Shown piece after piece: positions 20,120-28,264 of a stretch of 64,000 nucleotides of DNA (positions within the stretch are counted from its first letter, which is position 1; every line of letters begins with the position of its first letter). Below the pieces are notes generated by a model. It searched no databases, was not told the DNA's origin, and saw only the letters and a list, made by a program, of their open reading frames with translations. The stretch is from Clostridiaceae bacterium (GTDB taxonomy: Bacteria > Bacillota > Clostridia > Oscillospirales > Acutalibacteraceae): the NCBI GenBank assembly GCA_021769555.1, contig JAETSR010000007.1:32017-96016 (forward strand). Direction: 5' to 3'. A program made the position numbers and the translations under genes.

Positions 20120-20530
20120 CTACTTGTCGAAGGAGGGGTTAAAGGCGTAGAAGTTCTTGCTGTCCAGCCGGTCGGTGAGGATACGCAGGCCCTCGCCGAA
20201 GCGCTGGTAATGCACGACCTCCCGCTCCCGCAGGAACTTGATTGGCTCCGCCACATCAGGGTCGTCTGCAAAGCGCAGGATGTTGTCATAGCTGAGGCGG
20301 GCCTTCTGCTCGGCCGCCAGGTCCTCGTTCAAATCCGCGATGGGGTCGCCGGTGACGGCAAATGTCGCCGCGGAGAACGGCGTACCCGAGGCCGCCTGGG
20401 GGTAGACGCCGGTGGTATGGTCCACAAAGTAGTCCGCGAAGCCCGCCTCCTCTATCTGCTCGGGAGTAAGGCACCGGGTCAGCTGGTAGACGATGGTGCC
20501 GACCATTTCAAGGTGGGCGAGTTCTTTCGT
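20120..20530 (-). pseudogene. cotJC: 3' portion of Mn-catalase/spore coat gene, interrupted by the prophage
   Basis: Reads (GTK)ELAHLEMVGTIVYQLT...GDPIADLNEDLAAEQKAR...LREREVVHYQRF; N-terminal third missing; no SD before the ATG at 20506. Confidence 0.88.
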
Positions 20531-20564
20531 ACCAAGAGGTTATCAATGGAAAAGGCCAAAAGTG

Positions 20565-20867
20565 CTAGTAGTTGTAGTGCGCTCCTGTCTCCTGCGAGAG
20601 GCACCCGGCGCAGAATCCGAGCATTTGGTAGGCCCGGGAAATTCTACCGGCGGCAGAATCAATCTCAAACCGGAGCTCCGGGTCGGATATTCTGTCCAGG
20701 GTCTCCTTGAACGCCGCCTCAGCCTGCTGGATGTCCGGTATGGTAAACTTCTCTGCAAGCTGGGCCGCGAACTCGCTGTCGGCGAGAGTGTAGAAATAGT
20801 CGGCCTTTTGCTGCCAGCGCTCTGCGGCGCTGCGGGGCCGTGTTGGTGTGCGTGTCAAAATGTCCAT
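20565..20867 (-). CDS. Phage hypothetical protein
   Basis: GGAGGT SD, 100-aa ORF ending about 35 bp from the att junction. Confidence 0.7.
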   Translation of the reverse strand: MDILTRTPTRPRSAAERWQQKADYFYTLADSEFAAQLAEKFTIPDIQQAEAAFKETLDRISDPELRFEIDSAAGRISRAYQMLGFCAGCLSQETGAHYNY

Positions 20868-20879
20868 GATAACCTCCGG

Positions 20880-21362
20880 CCTAAATACTACTCCCGTCCC
20901 CGTAAGGGGGTAGGGGGTATATCTCTTTTATCCTTTATCTTATATCTTACATCTTATATCTTATATAGCTTGCGCATTTTTGCGTTTTGCTTTCGGCTTG
21001 CTTAGTTTTGCTTGCCGTTTGCTTACGCGGTGCTTGAAAGCAAGATGAATCAAATTGCCGGAAAGCCTTGCAAATGCTGGGGATTTTTGCTTTCGCTTTG
21101 CTTGAGAGCTTTTTCCGGGTCAAAATCGCGGAAATGCAATATAATTCCTTGCGGGAAATATTATACCTTTCCTGGGGTCTGCAGTCCACTTGAAATGCTG
21201 CTGCTTATCAAAATGGCGCGAACTGCTTTTCGCAAAATGCTTGTCCCGTTTGTGAAAGCAAAATGAAGTGTGCTTGCGGAAAAATAGCGCTTGCTTATCG
21301 TCTGCGTGTGTTTTGCTTGCCGTTTGCTTTCGTTTGCGTGTGTTTTGCTTACGGCTTGCTTA
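20880..21362. repeat. (T)TTGCTT-rich region with a 20-bp direct repeat
   Basis: GTTTTGCTTGCCGTTTGCTT at 21005-21024 and 21310-21329, plus many TGCTT units. Confidence 0.75.
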
Positions 21363-21713
21363 TGCCTGCGCCTCCTCTGCGAGCTTTTTCATCAGCCGCA
21401 AAACGGTGTCCGCCTTACGGAATGCCTCTGCGAGTTTACCCTCTTCGAGGTCTTTGCTGGCTGCTGCGGTTAAGCCTGCATAGGCCGCCTGCGGCACCCC
21501 TTGTGAGGTGTAAAAGAAACACATATCCAGCGTATCGCAGAACATATAGCTGTTTTTCACGGGGAACTGCTGTCCGGCTCGCATGAACTGGACGGCTATC
21601 TTTTCAGCCCATGTCTGCGCCTCTTTCCGGCGCTCAATCCAACGGATATGGCTGTCAACCCCTGCCTGCTTACAGGCTACGGAGATAAGCTCCGCCTGTC
21701 TCTCCGGGGTCAT
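21360..21713 (-). CDS. Phage hypothetical protein
   Basis: 117-aa ORF, ATGA overlap with the upstream gene. Confidence 0.75.
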   Translation of the reverse strand: MTPERQAELISVACKQAGVDSHIRWIERRKEAQTWAEKIAVQFMRAGQQFPVKNSYMFCDTLDMCFFYTSQGVPQAAYAGLTAAASKDLEEGKLAEAFRKADTVLRLMKKLAEEAQA

Positions 21714-22135
21714 ACTGTCGCCTCCTTCCGTTTCAGCCGTTCAGCGAGTTTGTGGGCGTATGTCCCGATGTCGTTTAGACTGCTATGTCCGTCCTGCCAG
21801 GCATTGACAAACTCTATGCGCTTGTCCTCCTCAGTGATTGCCTCTAATGCTGCGTTGTAGCGCCTCCGGTCTTCAAAACCGCCAAGCATAAAGGAGCCTA
21901 GCGCATATGATACGGACTGCCCTTTTTCCGCGAGCCCTTCGTCTGGGCTGCGCCCGAAACGCTCTTTGTACCATTCCACGGCCCCGCCAAAGAGGAAAAT
22001 TGGGACTTCCTCGCCCGGTTCTTTTGGTTCCGCGCCATACATCGTGCCGAGGAGGAAGACTGCGAGCGTTGCCGTCTCAAAATCCTCTGCCAAGAATGTG
22101 TAGGGGTCGCTGGGGTTGATTAGTTTATACTCCAT
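21710..22135 (-). CDS. Phage hypothetical protein
   Basis: Start MEYKLINPSDPYTF with GGAGG SD. Confidence 0.75.
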   Translation of the reverse strand: MEYKLINPSDPYTFLAEDFETATLAVFLLGTMYGAEPKEPGEEVPIFLFGGAVEWYKERFGRSPDEGLAEKGQSVSYALGSFMLGGFEDRRRYNAALEAITEEDKRIEFVNAWQDGHSSLNDIGTYAHKLAERLKRKEATV

Positions 22136-22709
22136 ATCGCTCTGCCTCCTTCCGAGCCTCGTCGATGCATTTCGCAAGCTCTGTCTTGCGGGCACGCCTG
22201 TTGGTGGTCTCGCCTCGAAAACAGTGCCCGTCGAAACGCCACTTATTTTCCCCAATGCGGTGGAATGTGGTATAGGTCTGCCTGTAGTTGCCCTGCTCGT
22301 CGCCCTCATAGCTAACCGGCTCTCCGCATTGGGCGCAGGCGGAACTCATGCAGGCGGGCGGTACCACGTTTATAAAGTAGTCCACCATTTCCTCGTCTAC
22401 GGTGTCCCCGATGAAACAGTAATCATCAAAAGAGGAAAGTCCGCTCTGCTCCCATCCCTCGTAGGTCTTCACGGGATAGCTGTCAGTGATTTTCTTGCGC
22501 TCTGTGAGCACAAGTTCTAGGGCCTTTAAGCGTTGTTCGGGCGTCAAGGTGATGTCTTCCCCTTCGCTCCCGGAAAACGCCTTGAGGCCGCAGAGAAGAA
22601 GGTCTACGGAGACGATAACAGTCATCGTCCTCTGGCCGTCATGGTGGAGGTCTATCTCCACCCTTTCGCGCTGTTCCGGGCCGCCCGGATAATACCTATA
22701 ATCTTTCAT
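22125..22709 (-). CDS. Phage hypothetical protein
   Basis: 194-aa ORF in a tightly overlapping operon. Confidence 0.75.
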   Translation of the reverse strand: MKDYRYYPGGPEQRERVEIDLHHDGQRTMTVIVSVDLLLCGLKAFSGSEGEDITLTPEQRLKALELVLTERKKITDSYPVKTYEGWEQSGLSSFDDYCFIGDTVDEEMVDYFINVVPPACMSSACAQCGEPVSYEGDEQGNYRQTYTTFHRIGENKWRFDGHCFRGETTNRRARKTELAKCIDEARKEAERYGV

Positions 22710-23649
22710 TGCCCTGGCCTCCTCCTATTTCTTTGAGCTTTTGGAGCACTCTCCTGGTGGCGCTCCGGGCGTTGCCAGTGAGCTGCCTCTGCCAACACCC
22801 GTTCCGGGGCGACCACTTGAACGCCTCGCCTTTCAGAATGTCTCTGACTTCCTGCTCCGGCTTGCCGTCGAAGAAAAGCTGAATCCGCATATCTTCGGCG
22901 TTTTCCTTTACAGTTACCGGGAGGTCTCCCAAGGATATCTCCTGCTCGGAGCCTCCCCGTTCTTTGGTCGCTTTCAGTTCCTTAATGCGTCCCTCTACCC
23001 GGTGGATATTCGCGTTATTGTTCGACAGAGCGTAGTCGGGGTAGCCAATTCTACCGCAGAAGTCCGGCTCTCGGAGGCTTTTAATATCCTCCTCGCTGTA
23101 CCCCATTTCCCGCAGCAGGTCGTCGCCCGCCTCCGTATCCTTGAGCCGGATGGCCTTGTTTGCTGCTTTCATCTGTCCCTGTAGCTTCTTCATGTCGTCC
23201 AGCTTTTCTTCCAGTTTCTCGATGGCCCTCTCGTCGTCGGATTTGATGATTTCTCTGCCGTGGAGAATGTTCTCGATTTTGGAGAGAATCCCTTGTACCT
23301 CTGTGTAGAACTGGTGATTTCTGTCCCAGGCGGCCACCTGCTTTTCTTTCTTCCTGACGGGGAAGTTGCTGCCGCCGCTTATCATAATAGACGGGCAAAT
23401 CGTGCCAATACTGGCCTCCCGGTTGTAATACTCCGCCATTTTCTTTGCATAGCGTCCGGCCAGCCTGTAAACACGCTCTGCCTCGTCCGGTTTCTTCGCT
23501 GCAACCCGGTCTGCCAAGTCGTAGGCCCTATCCACGTCCCGGCGGTATTCCGCCGTCTTGCTGCCCTCTGTGTAGTCGCTAAATGACATCATATCATGGG
23601 CCGCTCTGGCGGTTTTCTCGTTGATGGGGTAATAAGTTCTTTCACTCAT
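22696..23649 (-). CDS. DUF3560-like polyvalent-type protein
   Basis: Start MSERTYYP; SIMISGGSNFPVRKKEK and C-terminal LFFDGKP...FKWSPRNGCWQR. Confidence 0.6.
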   Translation of the reverse strand: MSERTYYPINEKTARAAHDMMSFSDYTEGSKTAEYRRDVDRAYDLADRVAAKKPDEAERVYRLAGRYAKKMAEYYNREASIGTICPSIMISGGSNFPVRKKEKQVAAWDRNHQFYTEVQGILSKIENILHGREIIKSDDERAIEKLEEKLDDMKKLQGQMKAANKAIRLKDTEAGDDLLREMGYSEEDIKSLREPDFCGRIGYPDYALSNNNANIHRVEGRIKELKATKERGGSEQEISLGDLPVTVKENAEDMRIQLFFDGKPEQEVRDILKGEAFKWSPRNGCWQRQLTGNARSATRRVLQKLKEIGGGQGNERL

Positions 23650-23662
23650 GGTATGTTCCTCC

Positions 23663-24076
23663 TTACTGGTATTCCGGTTTGATATGGGCTGACATGGAGC
23701 AGTCTGGCTCCCCGTCAAAAGTGTTGCCGTATGAGGAGTGCGGAGTGTCACCCCTCTGCTCGCACACTTCTCGTGGGGAGCAGCAGTCGAGCAGTTTCCA
23801 GAGTTTGCCGTTCTCGTCCTCGTAAACGTAGCGACCCCAACTATCTTCGCCGAGATACCGCAGGTGAAGGGTCTTTGTCTGCGGCACAGAGAGCTCGTAG
23901 GAATCGAGATCGAACCGAGCAAGAGGCTTCTCGTAGTCGATGTACCCCCAGACTTCCCGGCCAAGCTCCTCGCAGTAGGTCTTGCTGTCATAGTTGTGGA
24001 TTTCCAAGACCTTGTTCCCGTCGGGTCTCGGAAAGCTCCCCGGTGTGACCGGGCGCTGTGTGCTATAGTAACGCAT
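23663..24076 (-). CDS. Protein with DarA C-terminal-like domain
   Basis: RYYSTQRPVTPGSFP...WGYIDYEKPL...SYEL resembles DarA_C from memory. Confidence 0.5.
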   Translation of the reverse strand: MRYYSTQRPVTPGSFPRPDGNKVLEIHNYDSKTYCEELGREVWGYIDYEKPLARFDLDSYELSVPQTKTLHLRYLGEDSWGRYVYEDENGKLWKLLDCCSPREVCEQRGDTPHSSYGNTFDGEPDCSMSAHIKPEYQ

Positions 24077-24094
24077 TAAGATACCTCCTTGTTT

Positions 24095-24475
24095 TTACTT
24101 CACTATAAGTGAGCGTAATATACTGTTTTCATCCTCCAGCTCCTTGATTCGCCTCTTGAGCTTTACCTTTTCACCGCTGCGGCTGAGATAGGATTCGAGC
24201 TGGGCGACGATTGGAGACGAGCCGTCGATGTCTGGCGCGTAAAGCCAGTAACTGGTGTTCTCCGGGTCTATGCCAACCTTCTTTGCAATCAGGTCGATAA
24301 CCTCCCGCGCAGCGCGGTAACGCTTGTCGAAAAGAGCCATAGTCCGGTCTTTTATTCTGCAAAGAACGGCTGCGTCCTGCCCGAGATAATTGTAGCGGCC
24401 AGGGTCGCGTTGCTCGATTTCGCTGGGATATCCAGCCAACAGGTCGAGCTCCTGCTGTGTGATGGGTGTGCTCAT
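24095..24475 (-). CDS. Phage hypothetical protein
   Basis: AGAAAGGAGA SD, 126 aa. Confidence 0.75.
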   Translation of the reverse strand: MSTPITQQELDLLAGYPSEIEQRDPGRYNYLGQDAAVLCRIKDRTMALFDKRYRAAREVIDLIAKKVGIDPENTSYWLYAPDIDGSSPIVAQLESYLSRSGEKVKLKRRIKELEDENSILRSLIVK

Positions 24476-24490
24476 AAAAGTCTCCTTTCT

Positions 24491-24553
24491 GCCCTGCCAT
24501 TGTCAGGCCGGGTAGGGCGGCTCCCGGCGACGCCCAGGAGGGCGTTTCGGCTC
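24491..24553 (-). ncRNA. Type II hammerhead-like ribozyme (G8A variant)
   Basis: GCC-GAAAC-GCCC/GGGC-GUC-GCCGGG/CCCGGC-CUGACAA-U-GGC, with loop I GCCCU complementary to 3' AGGGC. Confidence 0.7.
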
Positions 24554-24702
24554 TAATTTACAAAACTACGCCCCCAATGGGCTATGCGCCGCCCGTTGAA
24601 TGTGAAGCAAATGCACTTTTGGCGGAAGAAAATTGTGAGTTTGGTGCTTCTCGTCCCTATGTTGATGGAGCCGTTAGCCTTGCTGTATCGAAAGATTTTC
24701 AC
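24553..24702 (-). CDS. 49-aa basic hypothetical protein
   Basis: GGAGG SD then GTG AAA ATC. Confidence 0.5.
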   Translation of the reverse strand: MKIFRYSKANGSINIGTRSTKLTIFFRQKCICFTFNGRRIAHWGRSFVN

Positions 24703-24715
24703 GGTCGTCCCCTCC

Positions 24716-24886
24716 TTACTCAACTTTGAATGTGACCTCATGGCCGGGATTCTCCCGGATAAGCTGCTGCTTGAGGTCGTCCACCATCATGTTGTTGTCG
24801 AGCGCTGCTTTCACAACGTCCACCAGCTTTTTCCCGTCCAGGTAGGCCCATACGGTCGTCCTTTTTCTCCTGCGTGTCATAGTCAT
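24716..24886 (-). CDS. 56-aa hypothetical protein
   Basis: MTMTRRRKRTTVWAYLDGKKLVDVVKAALDNNMMVDDLKQQLIRENPGHEVTFKVE, behind the repeat SD; not in the ORF track. Confidence 0.7.
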   Translation of the reverse strand: MTMTRRRKRTTVWAYLDGKKLVDVVKAALDNNMMVDDLKQQLIRENPGHEVTFKVE

Positions 24887-24887
24887 T

Positions 24888-25113
24888 TCCTTTCTCCCCG
24901 TCTTGCCGATAGGTCAGCAGTCGTGTTAGCTGTAGAGTTCTGAGGCGGGCCGTACCCTTGCCTTGATACCCGCCTTAGCGAGTGCCGCCACCCGTTCATA
25001 AGCGACCTCCGCTGTAGGGTATCGATTAACGCCGTACTTCCAGCGCCTCTCAAAGTAGACCTGCAAGATATACATAAATCTGTCCTTTCTCCCCGTCTTG
25101 CCGATAGGTCAGC
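24888..25113 (-). repeat. Identical 31-bp leader repeat, two copies
   Basis: GCTGACCTATCGGCAAGACGGGGAGAAAGGA at 24888-24918 and 25083-25113. Confidence 0.9.
24926..25075 (-). CDS. 49-aa hypothetical protein
   Basis: MYILQVYFERRWKYGVNRYPTAEVAYERVAALAKAGIKARVRPASELYS between the two repeats; not in the ORF track. Confidence 0.7.
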   Translation of the reverse strand: MYILQVYFERRWKYGVNRYPTAEVAYERVAALAKAGIKARVRPASELYS

Positions 25114-25186
25114 GCCTCGATTTGAGTTATCTGGTGTAATTTTCTCTACCTGTGCGATACATTTCGCGGCATTTGTGGGTAAAAAA

Positions 25187-25858
25187 TTACTCAGCTTTCG
25201 CCTTGACAAGCCTCTCAAAGAGGGCCGTGTAGTAGTCAAGGTCGGACTTGGCTACTCGGTGGTCTTTGACGGCGTTCTGGAATGTTGCACTCTCCGGCTC
25301 CGACGCCGCCTCTACAATCCTCTCTGCGGCGTTCTTGGCCTCTGATTCGAGGGCCAGCCTCTTTTCTGTGACGAGATGAATAACGACGGTGAGGTCGTCG
25401 TGGGATAGGAGGCGCTCACGAAGGGCCGCAATCTCTGCGTTATTCGTCTCTGCGATTGCACGTGCTGTGTCGTGTGCGGCCTCAAGGTCTCTTTGGCTCT
25501 CCGCAAGCTGTTCTTTCAGCTCCTCAATAGCGCCGTTTGCTGAGTTGAACTGCATATCTGCGTGAATCCACCTGTCTTTCATGCTGTCCGCGAAGTCGTT
25601 TTCGATGTTCTGCTCAGCAATCTCGAAACAACCATCAAAGGCAGTGGCTAGGTAGCTCTGCGGCCCCAGTTCCTCGACCATCTTCTTGATGGCCGCCAGC
25701 GTGTCCCGCTCCTGCTGCTTTGTGGCGCAGGCGTCGGTACAGATAAGCTCAATGTCGTAAATGTCAGGGGTAGTAGTGCCAGTTCCTTTGTAGCGAGCCT
25801 TGAACGCTTTTTGAAAAAAATTACAAAAAATTTTTATTTTTATATGCAATATACCCAA
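25187..25858 (-). CDS. Coiled-coil phage protein, start uncertain (possibly 5'-truncated)
   Basis: Open frame, but the first about 40 codons cross an A/T-tract region with no SD. Confidence 0.55.
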   Translation of the reverse strand: MGILHIKIKIFCNFFQKAFKARYKGTGTTTPDIYDIELICTDACATKQQERDTLAAIKKMVEELGPQSYLATAFDGCFEIAEQNIENDFADSMKDRWIHADMQFNSANGAIEELKEQLAESQRDLEAAHDTARAIAETNNAEIAALRERLLSHDDLTVVIHLVTEKRLALESEAKNAAERIVEAASEPESATFQNAVKDHRVAKSDLDYYTALFERLVKAKAE

Positions 25859-25883
25859 ATCAAGTCCAAATTTGGGTAAAAAG

Positions 25884-25914
25884 AAAAAGCCCCCTCGGAT
25901 TAACGAGGGGGCTT
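25884..25914. terminator. Terminator after the lysis module
   Basis: AAAAAGCCCCCTCG-GATTAA-CGAGGGGGCTTT. Confidence 0.85.
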
Positions 25915-25936
25915 TGGAAAACTGGGGGTGCTCTTT

Positions 25937-26482
25937 CTACTCTGCGGGGGGCGTCTGCGAGCTATACTGGTTAATAGCGACCTGAGCAACCGTAGCCGCT
26001 GTAGCCGCTGCCGTACTGGCGGCAATCGTGGTGGTGTCAGGTATACTCTCTAGCTCTGCTACCGCCGGGAGCGCGAGAGTTGCAGGCTGCTCAAATTTCT
26101 GCCTGCGTACCTCTGCCTCAATCTTATTCATAAGGTAGGCTTTTGCGTTTCCATATACGGCCTCAATAAATGCTGTGGCTGCGGGGCTTATAGTAGCCAC
26201 GCAGGCGGTAAGAGCCTTGCTGGCGGCCTCTTTCTGGGCCTCCAGAGTAAAGCAGCCCTGTTTCTTGAGGGCGTCCACATAGGTCTGGCTAGTAGCGGCT
26301 ACAGCGTCGGAAATCGCGTTCATGATTTCCTCGAGGTAGCCTTGCATTTTGATGTCGTCGGTGCTGGCGGCTATGTTTTCTTTAGCCTTTTTGATATAAG
26401 ACACAAAAAAGGCTGCGATAACCGGCACAGCAGCGGATATGACAGCTAAAAGCAAACTGGTGAAAAAATCCTGCAAACTCAT
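25937..26482 (-). CDS. Probable holin (LL-H-like)
   Basis: Single N-terminal TM, AISDAVAATSQTYVDALKK; follows the endolysin. Confidence 0.65.
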   Translation of the reverse strand: MSLQDFFTSLLLAVISAAVPVIAAFFVSYIKKAKENIAASTDDIKMQGYLEEIMNAISDAVAATSQTYVDALKKQGCFTLEAQKEAASKALTACVATISPAATAFIEAVYGNAKAYLMNKIEAEVRRQKFEQPATLALPAVAELESIPDTTTIAASTAAATAATVAQVAINQYSSQTPPAE

Positions 26483-26494
26483 GTTGAATCCTCC

Positions 26495-27937
26495 TTAGCT
26501 CAAAAGAGCATTTACCTTATTCTGAATTGTGTCGTAGTCGTACCCTGCGGCCTGTAGGCGCTGTTTGCGCTCCTCGCCAGCGCCCCACTTACCCGCGATA
26601 ACCTCCTGGGCGAGTTCGGCTACGGTCTTCCCGTTTGTGCTGCGGGCGGCTATGTCCGCAGCGTCTACCCAGCCATAGACGTTGCTTGTCCCGTCCGTAT
26701 GTATTACATGGTATGGGTGTTTCGCGCCGCTGGCAATGGCCGTGACCTTTGCGGGGCCAGGGCGGCACTCCGGGCCGGTGACGGCGTTGGAGTTTGCATA
26801 ATGCCTGCTCCCGGTAAAGTCCCTGATATCCCCAACCTTAACCTCCCCGAAGCTGCTGGGGAGCGTCGTCTCGGGATATGAAGGAACTGCGCTGGCGGGG
26901 CCCGCCTTGCTGCTGTACTTGGGGACGCCATAGCCGCGAATGTACCGTCCGTTGACTGTTATCGTGCGCCGCCCCACACTGTTTGAATAGTTCCCCTCAA
27001 TAACAGTGATGGTCTGTCCGCTGACCTTCTCCACAATGCCAACGTGGTCTGCCGGGGCGGTGCAGTCTCCCGCGCCGCTGTCGTCCCAATTATAGAAGAT
27101 GTAGTCGCCGGGGGCCGGGGTGTAGGCGTCGTTCTCCACCCAGCTCCCCAGGTTCTTAAAGAGCTGGATATGCTTCTCGCAGCCGCACTCCGTAGGAATG
27201 ATGTCGGTAAGCCCTGCCTTTATTGCCACGGCGCTGGCGAAGGTGCTGCACCATGCGTCGGTGTAAGTGACGGCGTAGCCACGGGCCAGCGGTTTGTGGG
27301 AGTTGTACAGGTCAATAATTTTCCGGTGGGAGCCGTCGCTTTCCCTGCAGCCGAGATAGCTCTGGGCTATGCTCACAATCTTCTGCCGTAACTCCTGCTC
27401 TGTCATGGTGGTGCCTCCTTTGCTGGCGTATTTATTGTAGATGGTCTGGCCGTAGGCCGCCCGCTTGGCCTTTACGGTCTCGCTTTGGTCTGCTGGGCGC
27501 TCAAATTGGGTAAGCACCATGTCGCTGGCCGTCCGGACGGAGGTGGCCGTCTTGAGGGCCACCAGAAGGGAGGTGTGCCCCTCTGAGAGCTCCTTCCAGA
27601 GAAATCCGAGCTGCATTTCCAGGTCGCCGATGGACTTTTTCGCGGCCCGCGCGAAGTCCAAAAGGGCTTTCTTGCGGCTCCAAAATGTCCACTGTGCAAG
27701 CCCGTAACCGGCGCAGTCGTGTACGAAGTTGGTGTAGGCCCCGCTGTCTACATCTGCGGTGTAGGTGCTGTCTGTATAGCCAAGGGCCCCTTCGTAACCG
27801 TTTTCCAGATTGTCCGGGCGGAGTCCGCTCTCGAAGTAGAGGTTGTCCACAAGGCCCGCCGCGCCCGCGAGGCTCAACCCCTTTCGCAAGAGGTAGTTCA
27901 CAATGCGCTCCTCGTTCGTGTTTCCTTTCAAACTCAT
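26495..27937 (-). CDS. Endolysin: phage tail lysozyme, CHAP, SH3-like and Cpl-7 domains
   Basis: NLYFESGL/GYGLAQWT; AWCSTF, DHVGIV, IEGN; VAELAQEVIAGKWGAGEERKQRLQAAGYDY. Confidence 0.92.
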   Translation of the reverse strand: MSLKGNTNEERIVNYLLRKGLSLAGAAGLVDNLYFESGLRPDNLENGYEGALGYTDSTYTADVDSGAYTNFVHDCAGYGLAQWTFWSRKKALLDFARAAKKSIGDLEMQLGFLWKELSEGHTSLLVALKTATSVRTASDMVLTQFERPADQSETVKAKRAAYGQTIYNKYASKGGTTMTEQELRQKIVSIAQSYLGCRESDGSHRKIIDLYNSHKPLARGYAVTYTDAWCSTFASAVAIKAGLTDIIPTECGCEKHIQLFKNLGSWVENDAYTPAPGDYIFYNWDDSGAGDCTAPADHVGIVEKVSGQTITVIEGNYSNSVGRRTITVNGRYIRGYGVPKYSSKAGPASAVPSYPETTLPSSFGEVKVGDIRDFTGSRHYANSNAVTGPECRPGPAKVTAIASGAKHPYHVIHTDGTSNVYGWVDAADIAARSTNGKTVAELAQEVIAGKWGAGEERKQRLQAAGYDYDTIQNKVNALLS

Positions 27938-27949
27938 GGCCGCTCCTCC

Positions 27950-28264
27950 TTATAGGTTATTCTTTGGCCGGTCGTCTCCCTCTGCCTGCTCTACTTCCGA
28001 GGCAATCGGGTTGCCGTCAGCGTCCAGGCCATGCCGGTTCCGGCTGACTTTTTCAGACACGGTAGCGGCTGCATAGCTGATAAGGTAGCCTATGCAGGCC
28101 CCGAAGATTGCTATGGCAAGGTCGCTGTTCGTCTGCTTGTCGAGCGCTGCCAGCACATACGAGGCAATCACAGTGCCGGTGGCTATCAGCGCCGCCCAGG
28201 CGGCCAGCTTTTTCTTGAACTCATAGGGGCGCTTATGCCTCTGGTGCTTCTTCCGGCCCATCAT
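27950..28264 (-). CDS. Two-TM membrane protein of the lysis region
   Basis: Basic N-terminus, two hydrophobic segments. Confidence 0.65.
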   Translation of the reverse strand: MMGRKKHQRHKRPYEFKKKLAAWAALIATGTVIASYVLAALDKQTNSDLAIAIFGACIGYLISYAAATVSEKVSRNRHGLDADGNPIASEVEQAEGDDRPKNNL

